DNA of 64,000 bases. It comes from the human T2T-CHM13v2.0 reference genome, Homo sapiens. The stretch lies in assembly GCF_009914755.1 (NCBI RefSeq), contig NC_060933.1; one strand, 5' to 3'. A program made the position numbers and the translations under genes. Shown piece after piece: positions 53,984-64,000 of the stretch; the first letter of the stretch is position 1, and every line of letters starts with the position of its first letter. Below the pieces are notes generated by a model that saw nothing but the letters and a program-made list of their open reading frames with translations, made no database searches and was not told the origin of the DNA.

Positions 53984-54884
53984 CTCTCTGGGAATGTCTT
54001 TGTTTGGTTTCTAGAAGAAAAAGATAAGCATAACACTCTGTACACTACAAGGTGTTTTAGCTTTTTTGAAATTCACGGGGGAAACAAAAGCAAAGCCTCT
54101 GATTGACTAGTGATTCTGGATGATGATAAACTGTATTTCCCAGGAGTGTTCTAAATATCCATGCAAGAAAAGACTGGGGTTTAATGAGTCCCTGCTTTCT
54201 GTAGGTACAGATGACATGTCAGGCTAATTTTGGTCCCTTGGGGATTATGAAGGCCTGGACCTTCCCATGAGCTTGGTTCAGGGCCTTCCCAGCAGGTCAG
54301 AGCTCATGACATCAAACAAATCAGAGTTGATACCTGAGCTTTTGAGGCTGGTATAAAGAAGATCCAGTCTTGAGAGCAGACTTTGGCATTAGATGTTGGC
54401 TGCAGTCTCTTCCTAGTAGGTACAGGCTTTGTAGGAGTTCCTGAAAGGGGAACGGGGACTATAGCCTTATCTTGAAAATCAAAACAAACAACCCAAATGA
54501 CAACAAACTAACATTTCTAGAGCACTTAATATGTGCCAATCACTCTGCAGAGTATTTCTGAGAGAAGTCATTTATTCTTAAGTCTTGTTTCCTTAGCATG
54601 ATGTATATACCCTGAGGCCTACACATGGTTTTTTAGGATGCCAGGAATATGTGTGGAAGGAGAAGAGGGGGAGGGAGAAAATGAAATAAAGATGGAGTCT
54701 ACAATTCATGCCCATATTCTTAGGTAAGGACTGCAACCCAGCTGTTGTCAGTATGAGCTGGTAATTGAACTTGAGTCTTAATTCTTAATTTAAAAATAAA
54801 ATGAATTGTCATTTGTGTTAGTTTTTCTAGTCTAAAACTATTAATACAGCTCTTCTACAGGTCTTAAAAATTACTTGGGTGTAT

Positions 54885-56403
54885 TTAGGGATTGAGCAAA
54901 TGAGTAAATGGGTTTATATTGTAGAAGCCAAGGTTTTCACTGAAAAAGGATGAAGATACAAATATGGAATAGAGGGAGGCAAGAAAGAACCTGCAGGGAT
55001 GAATAGGGATATCACTCTGAACTGGTGATTTCCAATATATGTGTGTTTGTGGCAAATTGATATACGCATGTGTGTATTTATGCACATATATGTGCACATG
55101 TTAAATGCATGTATTTCATTGTTCCATCTACTGGAAAGGTTGAGAATCAAAGATACTCCTCTAATAAGAGCATACCTAAGCACCTGTATCTGAGTTTCTA
55201 ATGTCACTGCCCCTCTAAACTGAACCATACTCCTGGAATGGCTAATTTCAGGACTGGTGCAAGATGATCCTGAAACATCTTATCAGACAAGATAGTAAAG
55301 AACTGCTGTTAAAAAAAAAAGAAAAGAAAAAGAAAGAAAGAAAGATCACAAGAACCAGTACGAAGGGGCTCTTATTGGTCAAATCTGGGACAGTTTGAAC
55401 ACCAAAATAATAAAGTAAAGTATGAACTATAAACAACTGGGGAGGAGGAATTCATCAGCCCATAATGACAATGGGTGGATAGAAGGAAAGATGGATGGAT
55501 GGATTGATGGATGGATGGTTGGATGGATGGATGGGTGCAGGGAAATATGGAAGACTCCTGCTTACCAAATGTCAACTAAGTAATAAATGTGGATGGGTGA
55601 TAGAGCAGGAAAAATCAGCATACACCACCATTGCAGTAAAGATTATGCACAAAACTCAACGGACACTAATTCCAAACAGAGATTTAAGAGGAACAGGACA
55701 TTTACATACTGATGAAATTGTCTTTCACAGATTGCTTTAGTATAATAGAAAAATAGTAATTAAGTGGAGAAATTGAACTATACTTTGATCAGGATCAAAA
55801 TTAACATTATCATTGAGGGGTAAGCAAACATCATGTGCCTTCAGAATATCCTGAGAACAAGAGAACATCACCTATTTGGGATTCTGGCCAAAAATGTATA
55901 ACCTGAATCTAATCATGAGGAAACTTAAGACACATGCTTTATTAAAAAGCAGGAAGAGGAAGAATTGTATCCTTCCAAAGTAGCACTACCATAAACAAAG
56001 ACAGAGGAAATGGTCCTGATTAAAGAAGCCTAAAGAGGTGTGGCAACTAAATGCAATACTTGACTCTAGACTGGATTCTGTGCTTGGGAGTTTGAGGGTA
56101 GGGAAGGTGAATACCATAATGGCCATTATTGGATCATTTGACCAACTGGAGTATAGATGGAGATTAAAGTATCCTATCAGTGTTCAGTGTCCTGAAGTTG
56201 ATATATTTGCATATACACATACACGTGTGTATATATATACATACATATTCTTTTCTCTCTCTCTTTGTATATGCATACACACACAAAACCAATGGATGAA
56301 CCTGGGTAAAGAGTGTTAGTATAAACAAGTAGTGTTTATACTATTTGTCTTCTTGCAACTTTTCTGTAAGTTTGAAATTATTCTTCAATATTAAGTTAAA
56401 AAT
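54885..56403 (+). mobile_element. Old L1MC/L1ME-type 3' UTR region with (GATG)n at about 55490-55533
   Basis: gccaaaaatgtataacctgaatctaatcatgaggaaac, caactaaatgcaatac, ending tcttgcaacttttctgtaagtttgaaatta...aagttaaaaa. Confidence 0.75.
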
Positions 56404-56523
56404 TTTTTTTTTAAATCTTGGCCAAATAAATGATTGTTTTTCAAATGAATATTTTTTATTTTACGTCCTTTCTTTTCCTGTTCTCTTACTTCTTTTCTTC
56501 CTTTTTTGTGTCCCTTCTTTTAG

Positions 56524-56694
56524 AAGTCCAAGGCTTGCGAGAAGGTCATTTCCGTGGGTCAAACGGTCATCACGAAGCATCGGAACACCCGGTATTACAG
56601 TTGCAGAGTGATGGCTGTGACATCGCAGACCTTCTATGAGGTCATGTTTGATGATGGCTCCTTTAGCAGAGACACATTTCCTGAGGATATCGTG
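56524..56694 (+). CDS. KDM4C: KDM4C internal coding exon (171 nt, phase 0/0) encoding the first Tudor repeat
   Basis: Long pyrimidine tract and tag acceptor at 56521-56523, donor GTG|gtaagt at 56695. Translation [57 protein letters not shown] contains the KDM4 Tudor signature YEVxFDDGSFS and is in frame with the 32113-32298 exon. The ORF track reports other frames here. Confidence 0.97.
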
Positions 56695-56909
56695 GTAAGT
56701 AGGCTTCCTTGAGTGCCTGCTACCCAGAGTAATTTAAAAAAAAAAACCAAAGTAACTGAGCCCTTCAGAATTTTTCTTTTGGCTTTTTGAGTAGCTCATT
56801 CACTTGGTTCATAGACTTTATCATTCTAAATAATATCCAGGTGAACTTAGACTGATCTTCCCACATTCTTTTTTTGGCCAAACATTATTTGGCCAAGAAA
56901 TAAGGGAGC

Positions 56910-57007
56910 AGCCCTCACGACCTAATCACCTCTTAAAGGTCCACCTGTTAATACTATCACATTGGCAACACCTGAATTTTGGATGGGACCTATTCAAACC
57001 ATAGCAG
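56910..57007 (-). mobile_element. MST-family LTR terminal fragment
   Basis: gccctcacgacctaatcacctcttaaagg...attcaaaccatagca. Confidence 0.8.
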
Positions 57008-57228
57008 ATATGAATCCACCTATTCTTTCCTGTTACAAGATGTGAACAAATTTGAATTCTTTTATGACTTTCTTTTCTTTATGCTTAACTAGAGAATGTG
57101 GCTTTGATTAATCTGACTCGACAGTGTATTTAAATCTTTGGATATTCCACATGGGAGTAACAAAAGTCACACAGAAGAAAGGCTGTGGCATTTAAGTAGT
57201 TTCGTTACTGTGGCGGAGACTAGAACTC

Positions 57229-57260
57229 TGTGTGTGTGTGTGCGTGCGCGTGTGTGTGTG
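57229..57260. repeat. Alternating purine-pyrimidine tract, (TG)n with CG core
   Basis: TG run interrupted by cgtgcgcg, read directly. Confidence 0.9.
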
Positions 57261-59212
57261 TCTGGCTGTCTTGTTGGTCTGTCTCCATCTCCTCCTTCCT
57301 CTGTCCCCTCAGCAAACACCTTGGGGCTCATTCTGACGAACTAGTGAACGTGTGCCAGGGTAATGACTGACTTTGTTTCAGGGCTTGCTTTTTAGAAGGG
57401 TGTTTTCACAAGAAGAGCACTTTCCACAGAGGGTTTTTTTTGACACCGAAATCAAATCTCGTGACTGAGAGGAGAGTGAGTTAGTCTGGTGCTGATCCTG
57501 TTATCCCTTCTCCTTTCGGGGGGTGTGTGAGTTTGGGGAGCTGACCCTTAATAATGTAGTCATCACTTCTGCCTCATTCTGGGTGTCTGTTGATGCTTTG
57601 CTTTTGTTTGTATTTGGAAAGATATTTTCAGCGACTTTTTAATAGTCATAATTGTGTATTATGTGCACTTGAAAATTAAATGTAACCTTTTGAAATTGCT
57701 AAAGACAGTTTCTAGGATTTTGGTCTCCAGGTGTTGAAGAAACATTGATTCAGTTAGTTTTGTTATACTTACCTCTCTCTATGCTGGTAAGAATGACAAG
57801 TATATAAACAAAAGTGACCTTATTTGAAAGATTTTAAAGCAAATGAATGTAAGTTATTTAAAAATCCCAGAAGAGTGAATTGTGTTTCTTACCAGGGTTC
57901 TAGCTGGAGCTTCCCTTTACTGCATTGCCACTGTTATTCATAAACAGCATCCCTTAGGTGACATACTCCCCTTGTTAGAATTAGTCATCCCTTCAAGCAC
58001 TCAATCTGCATTCACTGAATACCTGCTGTGTGTCACTTACTTACCACACTAGGTGCTGGAAACATAAAGAGAAAGAAGATGTAATCCTTGCTCAGTCTTG
58101 GTGGGAGGTAGGTGGGTAAATGGATGCTTTCTCTACCGTGGACCCATGTCTAGAACCCATGTGGTTCTATACTTGAACTACAAGCAATCTACCACCTGTT
58201 GGGGCTGGAAGAATAAGTAACACTTACTGACATTTACCATGTTCCAGGCACTGCTCCAAGAACTGGAACCATGAACTCAGTTCATCCTCATAACCCTACA
58301 CACTAGGCACTATAATTTTTCACATTTTGCTGTTGAGGAAACTGAGGCACAACATGGTGAATAATTGTCTCAAGGTCACACATAATTAAGAAGTTTCAGA
58401 AACAGTATTTGATTACATGTAATCCGTCTCTAGAACTTCCACTCTTAACCCTGGGGAAGAAAGGACATTTAAAGCAATAGGAGAAGGGATATGCAGGAGC
58501 AAGAGAGGCATGAAAAGCCATTGGTAGAATGAGGCCCCTGGACTTTCACCAGCCCTGTGCAGGCTACGTAGTTGTTTCAGAATTAGCCTTCTCTTGTGAA
58601 GACTGTGAATATTGAGCTGGCAAAAGACAGAAGACCTTTTGGTGAGGAACACTGTGGTGGTGGGATGAAAGACTTCTGAGCACTAATTTCAAAACCTGAG
58701 CACAGTTAAACAGGTAAAACAGTGAGGTCTTTAGCCATGATAGGAATTAATGAACCCTAAATTCTCTTTTACATCACAAGCCTATACACACCATGCCAGT
58801 TTGAGGCTTTCCTGGAATGTCTTTACATTGGAAAAGAATGTCTGTGATCCTGTAATGTTTGAAATCCTGCAAGTCTTTCCTTTGACACCCTCCATTTCCT
58901 TCCTCTGTGAACCAGAACAAATATGATTTTAAGTACACTTGAGTGTTGTGAGAAGAACACAGAAGCTAACCCGCAGAAGAGTTTTCTGGAGCGCATGCCA
59001 TTTAAATCAATGAGAATGAAAAAGCAAAACTCTTTACAGCTTGGTTAGCTGTCACTTAGCATTTTTGATAAGGATTTGAGGCTTAGCAGCAGTTGCATAT
59101 GCCCATGTGGCCACAACTGTTGCCCTGGAGGGGGGCAGGTAGCATGGAGTGGCATGAATTCACATAGATTGGAAAGGACGCATCTATCTAAATGTGGGTG
59201 AATAGTAATGTC

Positions 59213-59560
<348 letters not shown>

Positions 59561-59840
59561 TGAATTCATCTTTGTGCAGGTCTTCTCTATTTTGTCTGAT
59601 CTTTCCTCCTTTTGTGCTCCCTACTGCAATATCCTAATCTCTTGCCTTCTTGGTTCCCCGTTCCAGGCTCCTAGTAGGAATAATTCAATCGTGTTGTGTT
59701 TCAAGTTCCATATACTTTCTAACAGTGTCACCGTTGTTAGCTGCTGTAGCCTCTTCCCTCTCTTACTTTGGTGATGAATGAGGCTTCCTCAGCTCACTAT
59801 TGCTGACTCTATAGGGGAAGTTTTTTTCCCCTTATAATAT

Positions 59841-59949
59841 TGTATTAGGCAGGGTTCTCCAGAGAAGCAGAACCAATAGGAGATACACTTGTAGAAAGAG
59901 ATGATAAGGAATTGGTTCTGTGATTATGGAGGCTGAGAAGTCCCAAGAT
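59841..59949 (-). mobile_element. MLT2 (ERVL) LTR terminal fragment
   Basis: tgtattaggcagggttctccagagaagcagaaccaatagga...attatggaggctgagaagtcccaagat. Confidence 0.8.
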
Positions 59950-60074
59950 ATTTTTGTAGAGATGGGGTCTCACCATGTTGCCCAGGCTGGTCTTGAACTC
60001 CCGGGCTCAACTTAATCTTCTGCCTCAGCCTCCCAAAGTGCTGGGATTACAGGCATGAGCCACGGTGCCCAGCC
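59950..60074 (-). mobile_element. Alu left arm fused directly to the MLT2 fragment
   Basis: tttttgtagagatggggtctcaccatgttgcccaggctgg...gagccacggtgcccagcc with no right arm or long tail. Confidence 0.9.
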
Positions 60075-63000
60075 CCACACACCATTATTTAAGTCATGGG
60101 TTTAATTGCTAAGATCATCCCACTTCCACTTTTGATAATTCATCTACATCAGAACTGTTGTCTGGGAGATGGGTACCCTGCTCAGTACCCTAATGGAAAG
60201 TTTCATCAGGACGTAAGAAAAAAATGTAATCAGGTTTGTTTCTGTCTCAGTATCTTGAAGATCGTGGCAGAATAATTATATGGTGAAAACACTAACTACA
60301 TTTCACATTCCTCAGAGAAATCTTGTTTTCATTAGGTGATATACCTGTAGCATGAGCAACTGGTGGTAGAAAATGATGTTTTTCTTCTGTTTGTCCAAAA
60401 ACTCTCTAATCCACACAATGTGCATATCAGATGTGAGTGCCACTGGGAAGAATTATTCATCAAATTATTCATCAAATGTAGTGTGACCCCAATGTTACTG
60501 GCTACTGAAGAACTAGTTCTCTAAGCCTCAGGTACTCGTTAACTAGAACTGCTTTAAGGGTACAGTGCAATTTCAGTTTCCTATGAAAATCAAATTTAGG
60601 ATATCAAGTTTAATCATCCCAAGCTATTTATCTATGTATGACACAAATAGAGTCCCTTATGGAGCCTGATGCTTTAGTAAAGAAAGTTACATTCCCATAT
60701 TTATAGAGTTGATGATTACAAATCATTTCATAAACCCAACAGATGAGAATCCTTTAATGCAGGCTGGCCTATCCATGTTTGAGAATTTTGGCAGGCGTTA
60801 AAAATGCTTACGTTAGGGTTATGTGACTGGAGAGAGCATTTGGAGCAGTAAGGAGAAACGCTCTTTGAACTATCAGGAAATGTCTTTCCCTACCTAGGTA
60901 CTTTATTTCTGTGCTAGCCAGAAAAAATGTGCAAAAAATTCTTTCTCAACAATGCACCTGCAAAATGTGTGTATCAGCCCAGTTAAACTCCACATGCAAT
61001 CTGTAGCTGTCAAGGGAAGTAATAAAAGGTGTATTATTACACACCTCCATCTGTCAGTCTATGAAATTGGGACACACTTCTGATGAATTTTTTTGCCTTC
61101 CACTATTTTGATGGGCATGAAAGTTGCCCACCTGAAAGTACTCAATGAGCGTAAAGATTCCAGGGTCTCTGTTAGCCTCTGCCAAAACCTGGGATCCTCT
61201 AGCATGCACCTGTTTACGGTAGAGTGATGACTGCTTCCTTTCCTCTGAACTTTGAGCTCACTTTGAGGGAGGAGAATGGTACAGTGGACACTTGAGTTCT
61301 CACTTAACATTCACCACTGGGCATGAGAAGAGAAACAGGACCATTTAGAAATTTGATAGCAGGAGTCCATCACTGAAATTTCCATGAGGACTGGCTACAT
61401 TTTTCAGCTTTGGTTGAAATGTGAAAGAAGCATGAAAACAATACTCTTCAAGATTCTGGGGGTGAGTAGTTATGGCCTTTAGTTTTGAGGGCTGTGCAAT
61501 GCAAACTGAGGTTCTTGCAGCCAATGTTTTTTTCTCACATAAAGGCAGTTTGCTTAAATTTTCCAGCCCCAGTTTTTTTCCCCTACTAATTTGAAAGGAG
61601 CAAATAAACTAAATGCCTGACATATAGTAGGAAAAGTCCAATTTTTTAGAATATTAACTTTAGTATGTAGAACTTTTTTTTTCTTTTTCCTTCCCATCTA
61701 GTTTATACTAACCTTTTCTGGTCTTGAAATTTGGAGTTAGAAGATGTGTCCTCAGAACTTCATGCCTACTTGTCAGATTAGATGAGAACCTGTACTTGTG
61801 AGGTTTTGCTGGGTCCATTTATCATTCCCACTTGCTATAAGGTAGTCCCAGCATCTTTTAGACTTTGTAATAGCCTAGTTCCCTACATTTATGCTTGTGT
61901 TTTCTGAGTGTATTTTTTCAGTGTTATTTCAGTGGCTTTCTGTAACAAACCCTGCTCCAGAGTAAGTTCACACTCATTTCACAGACGTGTTACTTGCCAA
62001 GTCGCACAAAAGCTCCTCAAAGTACACGGTGACAGAGGTAGGTCCTGATTGCAGGTTAGTCCCCTTGTTTCATTGCTTATTGCCTTAGAAGTTCTGCTCT
62101 TTGTGGCTTAGTGCAGCTGAGGTAGAAGACGCTGTGCCTGCTCTAAGGGAAAACACAGATCCAGTAGGACATGGTGTAAAACCCGTTTCAGTGTTGAGCC
62201 CCGCACAAGCCCTCGCTTGGCAAGCATAGGTGTAGGAGAGATCTGGGTATTCCAGAGGCAAAAGAAAATATCCAAGTGGGTTTGAGAAACTAGAACAGAG
62301 TTGTTCCCAGAAACGTTCTCTACTGTGGGATCCCGGGAAACATTGTTGGATCCCTCTTGCCTCCTAGATTTTGAGGGGTCCTAGATGTTCAGGTCAGGTA
62401 GCCATGCATATATGGCATTGGCAGATACCCCTTGTCAGTGAGCTCACCTCAGCTTTGGAAGCCCTGTCCCATCCCAGACCATTTGTGTTATGTGTGCTCC
62501 AGAGGGCTGCCCTTCTCCTCTTCCCTCTCCCCGTCCCTGCCAGGAAGTTCTGGTTCTTTTGGAATCAGTGGACATTTGCCAGAGAAGGCTTTGGAAACTT
62601 TCTTTGGTTTAGAGGTCTGCAGGCATGGCCCACGTGGCCTTTCACTCTTTAGGGTTCTCTCGCTTTTCTATCTTGACTGTGGAGTTGGGAATCCGTGAGA
62701 TGAAAGGCTTCACCAAATTCCAGTTAATTTTTAGTTACGAGGGAAACCTTTTATACATGTAAAAGAGTGTCTAAATTTACTTTTCTAAATGTTTAAATTT
62801 ATCTGACAAATTTTATTTATAAATCTAATATTTGCATAAAAAAAGAACAAACTCATTTGTTCCTTGATTAATGTTCACATGATGCATAAATCAAATCCTA
62901 ACCGTTATGTTTATGTAGCCAAATTTCCTTGGACATTTTAACTATGATTATAAATTTAATATATACATTTCTCACAAATGTCACAATTTTTCTAGGCATT

Positions 63001-64000
63001 TAATGCCCATAACTTTAATAAATCAGACATTAGTTAGCTTGAATTCTCCTATTTCAGACATTTTCAAAAACAGTATGTAAACCAGTATAATATTTACAGA
63101 ACACAGATGCACCTTTATAAACACAATTTACATAAGATCGATAGATAAGTAGATAGACTTTGCCCAATCAAGGGGAAACAATATTACCATATTGGCTAGG
63201 AGTCTACTAAGAAGAAATAATCATAGAATCTGAAGGCCATTTTAGAGGCATAGAATCTGGTTATGCCTTTGAAGAATAAACCTGCAGTTATTGGGCAGGG
63301 GCTCCTAATTAAGGTCAGGTTTCATTTGATTCATCAACTCTGTAAACCTTGTGCCTTTCACTGGGGTCCTGACTAGTCTTACAAGTTTCGTGAACTGTCT
63401 CTGAAGTCCATGGAGGTGGTACTTCCCAGGTCCTAGAATTTTATTTCCTTTTGTGTAACTCATATGACTTTTTACATTACAGCCTTGGACATAGGAATGA
63501 AATGTTGAAGCCTTTACTCAAGTTGCAGTTGCATCTTGTTCCTTTGTTTTACGAATTGTGTGTGTCTCACTGACCCCAATTCTGTAGGCATCATAGCGAC
63601 AGTTTCCACTCATCACTGGGGATCCTCTGGAGAAAGTATGTCGTTGCCCTGATGTCCCATGCAGGAGATTCAGTAGTTGCCACAAAGACAGACTGACAGT
63701 TACGTTTTTCTTCAAATATATACCTCCCTCACTTGAGGGTATTTCTCTTATTTTCTCTGCTGGCAGTTATCTCAAGGTGATTGGCATTGGGAACTTATTC
63801 CCAAAGGACAGGTTCCTGGCACTTCCTTCCCACTTTTTTCTTTCCAGGAGAGACTCAGGTAGAGCATTTCATCTTCAGCCTAAAGAATCAAAATAACTAC
63901 CTTGAACTTGAGAGCAGTGTTATTAATTTCCAGGACTTCATCATCTTTTCTCAGTGCTGAATATTCATGGGTGAGCCTGCTTAAACCCATGGGCAGTGGG

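Noticed and set aside
56345-56639. ORFs overlapping the Tudor exon
   Set aside because: Wrong frames; their hydrophobic N-termini are translated polypyrimidine tract.
61075-61250. Box C/D-like motifs (tgatga ... ctga)
   Set aside because: No terminal stem or recognisable rRNA-complementary guide; such motifs are common by chance.
63588-63970. Possible cryptic exons 63588-63635 and 63848-63970
   Set aside because: Both have an immediate in-frame stop and only moderate donor sites; indistinguishable from chance pseudo-exons without RNA data.

Overview
AT-rich, repeat-laden primate (almost certainly human) genomic DNA lying inside KDM4C (JMJD2C/GASC1 histone lysine demethylase), transcribed on the + strand. 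Two phase-0 coding exons are readable: 32113-32298 (186 nt, second PHD finger of the PZP module) and 56524-56694 (171 nt, first Tudor repeat). A probable alternative terminal exon at 4858 to about 5690 encodes GRLGI-stop and has an ATTAAA poly(A) signal; it would remove PHD2 and both Tudor repeats. The rest is intron containing Alu, L1, L2, MIR, MaLR/ERVL LTR, Tigger, Charlie, MER5 and MADE2 fossils and microsatellites. Nearly all supplied ORFs are spurious. I found no convincing new multi-gene system. The most interesting signals are three tiny L1-machinery insertions with readable target-site duplications (a tailless 5S rRNA retrocopy, an 84-nt twin-primed inverted L1, a 5'-truncated Alu) and RNA-processing features that could uncouple the catalytic domain from its reader domains (alternative last exon, L2-derived poly(A) signal, symmetric exons permitting a stop-free circRNA, NAGNAG acceptor with a long AG-exclusion zone). 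Repeat subfamily calls and most repeat boundaries are from recall of consensus sequences and are approximate.
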